Shown one piece after another: positions 1-13,750 of a DNA stretch of 64,000 nucleotides (positions are counted from its first letter, which is position 1; each line of letters opens with the position of its first letter). Below the pieces are notes generated by a model. That model was not told the DNA's origin, searched no databases, and saw nothing but the letters and a program-made list of their open reading frames with translations. Made by a program: the position numbers and the translations under genes. Source of the DNA: the human T2T-CHM13v2.0 reference genome, Homo sapiens; the NCBI RefSeq assembly GCF_009914755.1, contig NC_060936.1, one strand, 5' to 3'.

Positions 1-99
1 AGAAATGAAATTTAGCAAATTAAGCTGAAGTCTGTCCTCCCTACCTCCCCACGTGTACCCACTGTCCTTAAGAAAGTGTGTGCCATTCCCATCAATGAC

Positions 100-600
100 C
101 CTGAACATTTGTCACATACTTAATTATCTACAAAAAGCAAAAACGATTCACCAGCATTGTACATTTCCTTTTGCATCTTGAGTTTTTGCCCAACATTATT
201 TTTTAGAGATTTATCCATGTTGATAGATCTATATTATTAGCTATAACTGCTATATAATGTTCTGTTTCATGACTGAACTTTCATTTTTCCACTCATATTT
301 AAAGACAATTACATTTTCAAATTATTTTGCTGTCACAAACAATGTTGCATTATTTGTATATGCACAAGTATATCTGTGTATATGCATCCTCATGTACAGC
401 ACAAAACTTCTGTAAGGTAAACAGATTTAGGAGGAAATGAGGATATGCATATCTTTAACTTCACTTCAGCTAGTTTTCTTCCTGAATGGTTATTCCAAAT
501 AACACTTTCGGAAGTAATGTACAAGAATTCTTGCTTCTCACTGCTTTCCTAAAACTTAATATTAGCAGACCTTATATTTTTTCCTTCTACTTCCTTTGAA
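100..600 (-). mobile_element. Ancient L1M 3'-region fragment
   Basis: Degenerate antisense L1 3'UTR phrases (gagatttatccatgttgat, ttttgctgtcacaaacaatgttgc, aatggttattccaaataacac); boundaries approximate. Confidence 0.45.
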
Positions 601-879
601 TATATAACCTATCCTTTGTGATTTTTCTTTTGGGGTTTATATTATTTATTTTTCTAACTTCTTCAGCAGATTCTTAGCTCATTAATTTTTAGTCCCTTTC
701 TCATTTTATTATGCTCTTTTAAAAGTATGAATTTCTGATTAGTATTTTTGCTGGATATGACACATTATGATTTGTAGAGCTGTTATTAATCAGTTATAAT
801 TTTTTAGCAACTTTATTGAGGTAAAACTGACAATAAATGTCACATTTAAAAGTAGTCTTTTAATTTCAAATTTGTTTTA

Positions 880-1840
880 TTTTAAACCATTTTTTATTTT
901 TGATTTTTGTGGATATATAGTAGGTACGCAAATTTATTTTTTTTATAGTAAGACATTTAATTTTATTCCCTTTAATAAATGAGGAATGTGGTTTTATTCC
1001 TTCCATTGTCTGCTTCTAAAGTATAGATATAAACTTGTGTCTACTGCAGATGCAGATAAGAAACGTGGGAAGCCACAAGAAAGCCAAGTAGCCTGGGAAA
1101 AAGTGGTCATTGAGCCATGAGAAAAAATTAACATTTGATCCTGTTGGTGCCACCTGAAGGCAGAGATGGCTGAGGACCCCCGAGTGTAAGTCCAGAGAGC
1201 TCCCCTGCAGCCCCACCCTGACTTTCCAGGATGAGCCTTCTCTAGGAAGCCACTGCTCATTCAGAAAGTGAAGAACGCCTGTGTTTCCAACACCAACCCC
1301 AGCTCTGCTGACATCTCAGGATGGCAGGACCACGCGTGATGGAATACCAGGCAGGGGAGACTCAAATTTATAAGTTACATGAGATATTTTGAAACAGGCA
1401 CACAATGCATAATCACATCAGGGTAAATGGGGTATCCATTATGTCAAGCATTTATCATTTCTTTGTGTTACAAACATTCCAGTTATATGTTTAGTTATTT
1501 TAAAATGCACAATAAGTTGTTGTTGACTGTGGTCACTCCATTGTGCTATCAAATAGTAGATCTTATCTTATTCATTCTATCTAACTATATTTTTGTATCC
1601 ATTAACCAGCCCCACTTCTCACTTCTCCAGCTTCCATTCCCAGCCTCTGGTAACCATCATTCTACTATCTATCTCCAGGAATTCAATTGTTTTAATTTTT
1701 AGTCTCCACAAATCAGTGAGAACACGCAGTTTATCTTTCTGTGTCTCTCTTATTTCACTTAACATAATATCCTCCAGCTCCATCCATGTTGCTGCAAATG
1801 ATAGAATCTCATCTTTTTTTCAATTGCTGAATAGTACTCC
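880..1840 (-). mobile_element. L1MA-type 3' end (pieces ~880-937 and 1363-1840)
   Basis: tttttgtggatatatagtaggta ... acatgagatattttgaaacaggca ... aatggggtatccat ... tcaagcatttatc ... ctccatccatgttgctgcaaatgatagaatctc matches the L1MA 3'UTR as recalled. Confidence 0.85.
938..1362 (-). pseudogene. 5'-truncated processed retrocopy of an mRNA 3' end (parent not recognised)
   Basis: 9-bp TSD CAAATTTAT (929-937 and 1363-1371); T8 tract 937-944 is the poly(A); AATAAA on minus at 962-967, 17 nt from the tail (second at 993-998); GC-richer than flanks; interrupts a contiguous L1MA. Confidence 0.8.
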
Positions 1841-2399
1841 GAAACAGTGTGTATTTGGTAAGTGCTGATATATGTAAACACCACTGAAGTCTTCAGCAAA
1901 ATCAGAATAATGAACATGTGTCAATCCCAAAAACTTCTATCTGTCTTCTTTGTATTTCATTTCTCCCATCCCTCTACCCCCATCCCCCATCCCCAGGCAA
2001 AACTAATCTGCTTCCTTTATTTACTATTGGTTAGTTTGCATTTTCTAGAATTTTGTATAAATAGACTCATATAGAATGTACTCTGTTTTGGTCTAGTTTC
2101 TTTAATTTAGCATAATTATTGTGAGATGCATCTATGTTGTTGCATACATCTTTTTTTTTTGCTGAGTAGTAATCTATTGTATAAATGTAACACCAATTTA
2201 CTATTTCATTGATAGATATTTTAGTTGTTTCCAAGTTTAGTTTAGGTTATTACTTAAACATGAAATTATGAATGTTCATGTTTAAGTCATTGTGTGAAAA
2301 CATGCTTTTATTATTTTTGAATATATACCTAGAAGTAAAATTGTTGGATCATATGGTTAGTATATGTTTACTTTTCTGGGATAATGTCAATGTCTTAGT

Positions 2400-3900
2400 A
2401 TATATTCTAGATGTTGTTTTTTCTTGTTACTTTACTTTTTAATCAAAATAATCTGTCAATAACTTTAGAGAAGTAAAATTTTCTTCTAGAATTCCCCATA
2501 ATTTTTGCTTTATATTTTACTATATTTTTCTGTATATATATTTGCTACATTTGCCAAAATATGTCTTGTATATTGAAGTCATGTTAGTTACCCACATGAT
2601 CAGAGCATTAGCATTATGTTGTAATGCTTTGCCAATTTTTTTCTTTTATTTGTCCGTATGTCTGTTTTGCTTGATATTAATATAACCAACTTTCATTTAC
2701 TTTATATATCATTTCCATTCTTTGACTTCAAAACTCTCTGACTTTATGTTTTTGCCTCTTGTAAAGGTATATATCTGGAACTTATTTATCAGAGCATCAC
2801 TAAGAGCTTTTCTGTAAGAGTGATTGCCATTTATTTGTGAGTAATATATTGCTACTCTCTCATAGTTTTGAACAGTTTCTCTCTTAGCTCTTCCTATCTT
2901 TCTTATTCTCTGTCTTGCTTTCACTTTTGTTCCTGTTCTTTCTTTCTCTCTGTCTCTGTTTTCTGTTTCCTACTTTATTATAATATATTTACGTATAAAT
3001 TCTGAATAATTCTCAATTATTGTCATCTTAAGCATTTATTTTTCTACAGTCTCTCTGTCATTTTCTTTTGCTCCTATTTAGATAAATGTTAGATATTTTT
3101 AACACATTTAAATATATCTCTTTTTTATGTCGTAATTTCTTCTGATAGAAATTGTGTGATATTTTCAACTATTTTTTCCATTTCAATTATCCCCTTTTCA
3201 GCTAAATATAGACTGCTGTTTACCTATCTCTATCAGCTATCTATGTCTACCTATTAATGTGTCTGTCTCTCTATAACATATGCATGTATATATTTCAATG
3301 GAACTGCATTTTTAAAATATATATTTTGTTCTTTTCTGAGATGTATTGTTTCGTTATGTCATGCTTTTTCCCTAAGGTTTCAATTTTTCTTTTACATTTT
3401 AATTAATTTTACATTTATTTTGTATCTTATTTGAGTGATCTTGATATTACAACATGTTCATGGGGTTATAAATCAGATGTGTCTTTTAACTCATAATAGA
3501 TTCTTTCCTCATATGCTTTTAATTTTTGCTTTTAATTTTTTATTGTTAGCTCACACATTAGGAAGGCTTAATTTTTCCCTGCTGTCAGAAAACCTTGTAG
3601 TAGCTTGCACTGTGTTCTGCAAAAGAAGCCTCAGAATTATTAACAAATTTTATATTAATTTCTTCAATTGGTGGTACTGACATTACATAGGTAATGAAAA
3701 TTTGAACCCTAAACCAATGTGAGATACAAAACTGGAACCTCTGAGGATTATTCTTTTTCCTTCTATAGCCCACAGTAATACAGATGAGCTTTCTTTCCAC
3801 TTCCCTGTGCCGGTGGGGAGAATATTTGTCTAGTTTGCCCTTTCACTAAGGGTATAGCACTTTGGGGATTCTAGGTTTATGTTAGTCTCAGTTTCTCTTC
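2400..3900 (-). mobile_element. Probable highly decayed L1ME-type sequence
   Basis: T-rich strand with weak L1 antisense-like phrases; only a weak resemblance. Confidence 0.3.
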
Positions 3901-5970
3901 CCTGTCTTGTATCCAAGATGCTGTATCGCACAGACAGAAAATCCTTATCCTTCCTGCCTACAGTAGCCTCACCATCAGCTCAAAATATTCTGCTTTCAAT
4001 TACCTATTCACTTATGATACTTGACATTTTTCCTTCCTCACAAGCTGTCAGGCATTTAAAACAATTTCAACATTTTAAAGCATGAGAGATTTTACTTTTT
4101 TTTTTTGTCCATGGCATTTCTGGAATCTGAACTCTCCCTTAGTAATATCTTAGTAAAAGTTCTATAGGTAAAATTGCTGAGTCAAAGTATTCATCTATCT
4201 TTAATGCTTTTAACATAATTGTCAAAATTGTTTGCTACAAGAAGCATGCAAGGATAGGATCATGATGATGCCTCAGTCTACACAGATGACCTTTGCTTTG
4301 CTTCTCTGTCCCTTCTCTTTCATCCTTCTTCTACTCTGGTGCTACTTTATGACAGCCTGGAATCATTTGTTTCTGCATTTCTGGGGTGCTATGGAGCTCT
4401 TCAGTGCTGTATTGACTTGTCTGTCTTGTCACCTACCACCGCAAATTGTAATATGGTTTATTGCTACTTCCTCAGTATTGACTGAGGATAGTGTAAGTGT
4501 TGCTATTGCTTTGTGTTCCTACAGGGACAAAAGCCTTTTTCACAGGGACTCATGACTTGCTACCCTTTCAATTCACCTTCCTTCCCACTGTCTAAGAAAT
4601 CTTTACTGATTTTCGAGTTAGAGAATGAAGGTGGTTAAGAGTCTAGCTGTTAAGTAAACTGCATTTTCCCATCTATTGTCTGGCCTGTGTACTAGAGTCC
4701 TCTCTGCTGCTCTTGGGAGAGTGGAATTTTAAAATTCCAAATTCAAGAAAGTATGGCATCTTTTTTTTTCCCCCTTGTTTTCAGTTCATGTGAGACAAAT
4801 CAGTAGAATGTCTCAATGACTGAAGGGTCACAGAGTGAAAGAAGGCAGGGGAATAAAATCACTTTTGTTAATATAGCATATTATTATCATATAACATTTA
4901 ATGAAGCTTCGGGGGATTCTTTTACTTCACCCACATGGTCCCTTGCCACTCTTACAATACCTTAGACCTCAAATCTCCAAACGTATACTTTTTTGACTCA
5001 CAGGAAGTCTAGGTTTCCATTTCGGTTTTGCAAAATATCTAAGCTATTTCTCCTGGGAGTCCTTAGAGAGACAGAGTTCTGGCATAAAATGAAGCTACTT
5101 CTTGCATTTCTGGGGTTCTTCTTTTTAGTGTTCCTTCCTCTGGTCATCCATGACCTCTGTAGCCCAAGATTGTTGCTGATCGAATTGCCAGTGTTGTCAC
5201 AGATATCCTCTATTTTTGACGCTTTCTCCCTCTAGCCATTAGAAAAGAAAATTTTCTTCTTTATATGACGAGTCTTCTGAAGTTTCTCATAGCATGTATG
5301 TTGGCGCCGTGGTAAATTCTTCCTTTATTTTATGTCATTTTTTGTCTTAGAGTAAGCAGGCATCCAAAGGGCAATGTTAGGGGATGGAGAGGTCTATTCT
5401 CATACTCTCTCTGAAAATACTATTTCTCTTTTGAAACTCAGGTTCTGTTGCTCTACTTACATACTCTATCAGACTTGTTTTTCACTTGGATATTTTCTCA
5501 CAGATTTCATTATCCCATGGAAATCAAGTTCTATTACTGGAAATCTGGATCTGTGCCCTAGAACATTCCCAGGCAGTTAAGACACTCTTGATCAAGTTAT
5601 GATTGTTAGAAGATGGTTCTGCCCAAGAGCACAGAAAGAGCCTCTGTGGACTAATGAGGTTTAACTTCCAATTACATCTAATAGAGTTTTATATCTGACA
5701 CAGCCTGCAATATTTTGTCCTGTATTTTTATTTTATAGCTGACAAATTTACCAAGTGTTTTTATTTGTTGCAATAGTTTTGATGCAATATTACAAATATG
5801 GTTATTACTTCCTAATTAGCTTATAAGTTGTATGCAATTCTAATAAAAACTTTATTTTTTTACTTGACACATTTCTAAATTTCTCCAGCAGAATGTATGA
5901 ATGAAAGACTTAAGAATACATCTGACCCAGGCAGCCTGGGTTCAACTCTCCATGTGAGAATACCAAGCTT

Positions 5971-6300
5971 GGCTGGGCACAGTGCCTCACATCTGTAATC
6001 CCAACACTTTGAGAGGCTGCGGCAGGAAGATTACTTGAAGCCAAGAGCTGGCGAACAACCTGGGCAACAAAGTGAGACTTCATCTCTACAATTTTTTTTT
6101 TAATTAGCCGGATGCAGTGGTGCACACCTGTAGTCTCAGCTTCTCAGGAGGCTGAAGTAGGATTGCTTGAGCCTGTGAGCCCAGAAGTTTGAGACGGCAG
6201 TGAGTTACGATCACACCACTGCATTAGAGCCTGAATGGCAGAGTGAGAGCCTATCTCTAAACTAAGTAAACAAATACAGACATACATACATAAAGTAAGA
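5971..6300 (+). mobile_element. AluJ
   Basis: Full dimer starting ggctgggcacagtgcctcacatctgtaatccc; J-type ggattgcttgagcc and gcaacaaagtgagac; degenerate tail. Confidence 0.93.
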
Positions 6301-6892
6301 ATTATTATAACAACAAGAATACAAGCAGTCTGCAATTTGTGTTTATGGTGCTAACTGCAACTCATGTATGTGGTACCCTCATTTTTCACAATATCATGGT
6401 AACTAAATAACTGTGCAAATTAAGAGTACAGTTCTTATGTGTATGTTTTATAGTTAATACATACTGTTCAAAAAAAGAACTACCTGTACTAAATAAGAAT
6501 AATATAGGTGGACTTGTCTACTGCCTAATAAAACACATGATAAAGCACTACAAATGAAAGACAATAGTTCTTACAAGCAAATAGGGAATGCAGAGGAAAA
6601 ATAATAGAGGGGCATCTCAGTCAAGATTCAAATTTAGTTTATAATAAATACAAAACTTTTCTCTCAATTTCTGGATCTGGATTATATATGCTGTTATTAC
6701 TAATTTTACATATGACTGTCTTTCTTTTTAATCATTTATTTAGTCAATTAATAGATTTATTTATTCAGAATTTATTCAGTCAGCTTCTGTGAAACTGCCA
6801 CCCAAGCCAAAAATAGAAATAGTAGAAAACCTTACATCTACCTAAACCATCCTCCTCAACTACCTCCCTTTCACTTCTCGGATGCAAATACA

Positions 6893-6896
<4 letters not shown>

Positions 6897-6940
<44 letters not shown>
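6897..6940. repeat. (TG)22 microsatellite
   Basis: Direct read; sits at the tail position of the adjacent L1. Confidence 0.99.
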
Positions 6941-6941
<1 letters not shown>

Positions 6942-7199
6942 CTTATTTTAACTGCAGAGGTGTAAGTTCAGGTTTATTACATAAACTTGTGTCATGGGGC
7001 TTTGTTGTACTGACTATTGCATCATCCACGTATTAAGCCTAGTACTCATTAGTTATTTTTCCTGATCCTCTCCCCCCTCCCACCCTCCACTTTCTCAAAG
7101 TCTCCAGTGTGTGTTGTTCCCCACTATGCGTCCCTGTATTCTCATCATTTAGCTCCCACTTATAAGTGAGAACATGCGGTATTTGCTTTTCTGTTTCTG
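6941..7199 (-). mobile_element. L1PA15/16-like 3'UTR
   Basis: gtattaagcctagtactcattagttatttttcctgatcctctc ... catttagctcccacttataagtgagaacatgcggtatttg. Confidence 0.88.
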
Positions 7200-8132
7200 A
7201 ATTGCCATTTAAAAAATTGGTACATCTAATGCATGCCATAACATTATTTTATTTAGTTTTAGCTTGCTTTTGAACTTCATAATAACTATACCATATGTAG
7301 TCTCTGGACATGCCTTTTCACTTTATATTATTAATACTGTATGCAGCTACAGTACCTTTAAATTTACTGTTACATAATTTCTACTGTGTGAAAAAGAGCA
7401 CAGTTTATTTACTCTCCAGTTGATGGACATTGGATTGTTGCCATTTTTTTTTTCTTTTATGCTAAGAACAAGACTGTCAAGAAGCTATGTATATTCCTAT
7501 ATCTTTTTCTGGCACACAGATATAATGTAAGTGTTTATCACACAAAGATTCAGTTCTTTATCCCTGTAGAGTTGATTTCCGTGTGTGTTATGACATAAGG
7601 ATCTGATTTCATTTTTTGTACTCATATGGAACTAATTTTTCCAGCTTCATTACTAAACAGTCTTCTTTCTCTATAATCTGCCATGCCATCTTTGCATATG
7701 TCAGTGTTTCCTAAGAGCATGGGATCCTCTGGGCTGTAGATTCTTTATTATTATTATTATTTGCCTATCCATACTCTAATGCCACACTGCTCTAATTACT
7801 GTAGCTTTATAGTAAGTCTTCTTATTTGGAAAGTCTTATCCTCTCCTTATTCTTCTACTGAAGTATCCTGGCTATTCTGAGTGCTTTGCTATTCCATATA
7901 AATTTTAGAAGTAATTTATAAAGTTTCATTAAAATATTACATTCAGAATTTTTAAAGGATTAATTTTCTTTAAATTAATAGTCATTTTGGGGATAATTGA
8001 CATTTATAATTGTTTTCCAATCTATTAACATGGTATATCCCTATATTTACTTACCTTGCCTTTAATATCTTGCAGTAAATTTCTATAATATTCTGCATAA
8101 AACTTTGGTACATTTAAAAAATGTATTCCTTG

Positions 8133-8848
<716 letters not shown>

Positions 8849-9986
8849 CCTTGGTATTTTATTGTTGTCGTTATAATAATTTACTGTTTTGTTGCTGTTA
8901 TAAATGGTAAAATTTAAGTTATTATTGCCAAATACTGGTTGTGGGAATATTGAAATGCAATCTTATGCCCATCAAATTTGCTAAATTCTGGTATTATTTT
9001 GTGTAATTTTTACTAGATTTTAAAAAATTATATAATTATGTCACTTTCAGATAATGACAGCTTTGTTTCATTTATTTATTTATTTATTTTTTATCTTATC
9101 ACACTTGTCAAGACACTTACTTTGAGTAGAATTTAAAAAGTGAGTTGTTTTTATAATTTTAAAAAAGTGCTTTCAATATTTCTCTATCTAGAATATTTGA
9201 GGTGTGCCTTTTGTAGATACCATTTATTATATTTCCTTTTACATTTAGTTTAGTAAGACTTTTTTTATTCTGAATGGTAAGTTTTTATGAACTAATTTTC
9301 CAGTATTTGTTGAATAGAACATTTTACTCCTTTATTCTGCTGTAAATATACATTTTCTAATAGTGGAAAACAAATGACATAATAAACAAAATTCATTCAA
9401 TTAATATATCTTGAGAAAAAATATACAATAGTCTCCTGTACCAAATACCAGATAGTGAGAAAAAGGGAAAATCTTTCTGAATATAAAAGCAAAGAAAGAA
9501 AAGAAAATATTGATATGTTCATGTAGTCAAATGCTCTACCACAGAGCTATACCCCCAGAATGTTGATATATTTATTTTTCAAAGTTTAGAAACTTCTCAG
9601 TTATATTAAATGTCTTAAAGAAAAATAAGAAAGAAAGTACCAACTGGGCAGGGGGAAATACTTGTACCATGTAGCATCAATGTGTCATCAATCATGTCAA
9701 CATGTCAGCTCTTATGAATCAGTAAGAAAAGGACAAAAAATACTACAAAATAATCTGGACAAGAGATCTGAGCATGTCATACAGAAATATGTCAGATGTT
9801 TCCAAATCACTTTATATTTAATACAATTTACCCTCCATAATGATCAAAGAAATACAAATTAAAAATAGAAAAATTTTTGCCTTTTGAAATTTCAAATATA
9901 GAAGAGTAAAATAATAGTAACCAGTATTTGTAAGAATTATGGATCTTGATGTATTTATATCCTAGTTCACTCATTCTTCTGAAAAT

Positions 9987-10282
9987 ATTTATTTATTTAT
10001 TTATGAGACAGGGTGATGCTCCATTGCACAGGCTGGAACACAGTGGTGCAATCATGGCTCACTGCATGCTTGACCCCTCAGCTCAAATGATCCTCCCAAC
10101 TCAGCTCCCAAGTAGCTGAGACCATAGGTGCGTGCCATCACACCTGACTAATTTTTCAAATTTTTTTGTAGTGATGTGTGTCACTATGTTGCCCAGTCTG
10201 GTTTTGAACTCCTAGGCTGAAGCAATCCTCGTGCCTCATCTCCCAAAGTACTAGGATTACAGGCATGGGACACTGCCCAGCC
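9987..10282 (-). mobile_element. AluJ
   Basis: gagacagggt ... caatcatggctcactgca ... ctcaaatgatcctccc; (TTTA)n tail. Confidence 0.92.
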
Positions 10283-10858
10283 AAATATATATTTTGTGTA
10301 AATTATAATCATTATGGATCAGGCATTATACTAGGTGTCTGCAAAATCCATCTCAAACATATATTTTTGAAGTATGTAAGTCTCAACTCTATGTTGAAAC
10401 TCTATGTGGAAACACTTATTTTAAAATTAGAAGCAAGAGAAATACACTGCTGTCATAATTTTTATTCAGCATTACTGTGGAAGTTCTGGCTAGTGCAATA
10501 ATTCAAAAAAAAATAAGTTAAAGGTATAAAGATAAAATGTTGAAGTAAAAGGGCCACAGTCTTTGCTTTCTTGAAACTTAGAATCCAGTAGTAATCTGAA
10601 TTGTTATAGTCTACTTAAGAGGAGATTTTGAAGTGAACATCAATTATGTAAAATATCCTTTTACCAAGACCTGATAATTTGGCTTCCAGAATTTTAGCTT
10701 AAGAAATAATTAGATTTAAATGAAACTAATGTAGAAAATGCTCATCAAACATTAGATTTAGCTTTGAAAAACTATAAACAAATAGAACATCCTAAAAATT
10801 GCATAAAATTATAAAGACCTACTTGAGTTATAATTTGTATAAAAAAAATACAAAATAT

Positions 10859-11161
<303 letters not shown>

Positions 11162-11979
11162 TCAAAGGGTGCATATGCCATATGAATCCTTGTGGTCCAT
11201 CCAAAGTTTAATTTCTTTATCATCAAGCCTCCTTTTACAATGCCTCAAGTCTGGCTTTCTGACACAGAGACCTCGCCTGACTTAGAAGAGATATTTATGT
11301 AACCTGTCCTGCCACATTCCAGAGAGGCAGCCATTCCCGTTGCTGTCTCTTTGCCACAGAAGCATGCCATTATTGCTAGCCTATCTGCTTCAGTCTTTTT
11401 GGGTATGAGCTACATCCCAATTCCTGCATCTATAAGATTTCAGGGGTACATATTTAGCTCTCCATGCTGTTATCAACGGTTTCTTCATTTGGTTTTAAAG
11501 AAATGGGAAATACTTTCTTCTCTCTAATTAAACACTTGTGATTTATATTATTATCAGTTTTTTACTTTTAATACACTCTGAGCTTTCTTTACAGATCCTG
11601 GATATAGATGATGGACTAATGTTTATTGCCCATTTTTGATAGTTTTTTCTAAGTACTGCATAGAAGAACTGGTATTTTGATTTGGAATGACACCGTAGTA
11701 CCTACTGTTCTCAGCATTGAAGTCTCAGCCAAAATTGTAAGCAGGAAGAGTCCTTGTGAATATCCTGTTAGATCAGCTAATAGAAAAGCATGCAAATAAT
11801 TTGAGTAGACAATTTCAACAATGTATAAAAAGATGTGCAAACTCATGAGTAATGTAATTGGGTATTATTTTGTAGTAGTCAGACTTTAAAATTTTTTAAA
11901 TGCCATGAACACTTATAAGGATATTTTCATATATTGATGATGGAAATGTGAATTACTACAGCCTCTGAAAATTAGGTAT

Positions 11980-12872
11980 TTGTCAGATACATAGTTTGCA
12001 AATATATTCATTCTCTATGTTGTCTGTTTATTCTGTTGATAGTTTCCTTTGCTGTGCAGAAGCTGCCTAGTTTAATTAGTTCTCACTTGTCCATTTTTGT
12101 TTTGGTGCCATTGTTTTAGAGGACTTAGTTATAAATTCTTCTCCAAGGTGGAGTCCAGAATGATGTTTCCTAGGCTTTCTTCTAGGATTTTTATAGTCTG
12201 AAGTCTTACATTTAAACATTTAATCTATCTCGAGTTAATTTTTGTATATGGTGAGATGTAGAGGTCAAGTTTCATTTTTCTGCATGTAGCTAGCCAGTTT
12301 TCTCAGAATTATTTATTGAATAGGAAGTCTTTTCCCCATTGCTTATTCTTGTCAATTTTATTGAAAATCAGATGGCTGTACACGTGTGCCTTTATTTCTG
12401 GGTTCTCTGTTCTGTTCCATCGTTCTATGTGTCTGTTTTTATACCAGTATCATCCTATTTTGGTTATTTTAACTTTATAGAATAATTTGAATTTGGGCAA
12501 TGTTATGTCTCCAGCTTTGTTCTTTTTGCTCAGGATTGCTTTGGCTATTTGGGCTGCTTTTTTGGTTCCATATGAATTTAGAATAGTGTTTTTTTCTAAT
12601 TCTGTGAAAAACAATATTGGTAGTTTTATATGAATAGCATTGAATCTGTAGATTGCTTTGGGCAGCATCGTCATTTTAACAATATTGTTTCTTCCAATCC
12701 ATGAGCATTTTGTTTTGAATTTGGCTATGAATTCTTCTGGTCTGGGGCTTTCTTTGGTGTTAGGTTTTTTATTACTGATTCAGTTTCAGAACTCAATACT
12801 GTTTTGTCCAGTTTTCAATTTCTTCTTGATTCAATCTTGAGAGACTTTGTGCTTCCAGAAATTGATCCATTT
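11980..12872 (-). mobile_element. L1 (L1PA16/L1PB-like) ORF2 segment with internal deletion
   Basis: ORF 12450-12674 reads [26 protein letters not shown] (L1 ORF2); jumps at ~12710 to the upstream ORF2 region aaatggatcaatttctggaagcac. Confidence 0.92.
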
Positions 12873-13750
12873 ACTGACAGCATTAAACAGATCATTGAGG
12901 CACAAAACTAAGAAATTCTGTACTTAAACTCAGCACTTGACCAATTAGACCTAGCAAAAATCTACAGAACACTTCATCCGTCAACCACAGAATATACATT
13001 TGCATATGAGACATACTCCAAGATTGACCACATGCTTAGCCATAAAGCATGTCTCAATAAATTAAAAAAAATCAAAATCATACTAACCATACTCTCAGAA
13101 CACAATGGAATAAAAATAAAAATGGATACCAAAAAATCTCTTGAAACCACACAATTACGTGGAAATTAAACAATTTGCTCCTGAATTACTTTTGTTCAAA
13201 CAACAAAATCAAGATAGAAATAAAAAAATTCTTTGAAAGAAATGAAAACAGAGACACAACATGTTAAAATATTTGGGATGCAGCAAAAGAAGTATTAAGA
13301 GGAAGTTTATAGCCCTAAATGCCTACCTACCTCAAAATATTAGAAATATCTCAAAATTAATGATCAAACATCACTCCTAGATGGAATAGAAAAACAATAA
13401 CACACTAAACCCAAAGCTCAAACATCACACCTAGAGAAATTAGAACAACAAGAGCACACTAACCTCATAGCTAACAGAAGAAAATAAATAGCCAGAATCA
13501 GAGGGGAAATGACTGAAAGTGAGACCTCCAAATCCATACAAAGATTCAGCAAATTCAAAAGTTAGTTATTTGAAAAGATTAAGAAGATCAATGAGCTGCT
13601 AGCTAGATTATTGAAGAAAAAAGAGAAGAGGTCCAAATAAGCAAAATTAGAAATGACAAAGGTGACATTACAACTGATTCCACAGAAATACAAAAGATTC
13701 TCTGGGACTATTATGAACACCTCTGCAAATACAAACTAGAAAAATTTCTA
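12873..13750 (+). mobile_element. Inverted 5' segment of the same L1 (ORF2 endonuclease/linker)
   Basis: actgacagcattaaacagatcattgagg ... aagattgaccacatgct ... gactattatgaacacctctgcaaatacaaactagaaaa. Confidence 0.92.

Larger units (their letters stand above)
803..2390 (-). mobile_element. L1MC/L1MD-like 3' end, split by an L1MA insertion (pieces ~803-855 and ~1841-2390)
   Basis: caactttattgaggtaaaactgaca at ~809 resumes at ~1845, followed by tagtttgcattttctagaattttgtataaatagactcatatagaatgtactc, typical of old L1M 3'UTR antisense. Confidence 0.6.

Noticed and set aside
994-1260. 88-aa and 66-aa minus-strand ORFs in the retrocopy
   Set aside because: No recognisable protein; they abut the poly(A) signals, consistent with 3'UTR sequence.
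4232-4555. 107-aa hydrophobic ORF
   Set aside because: Non-ATG start, composition explained by T-rich DNA, no domain or splice support.
4722-4739. 18-bp palindrome TGGAATTTTAAAATTCCA
   Set aside because: Low-complexity A/T core, no supporting context.
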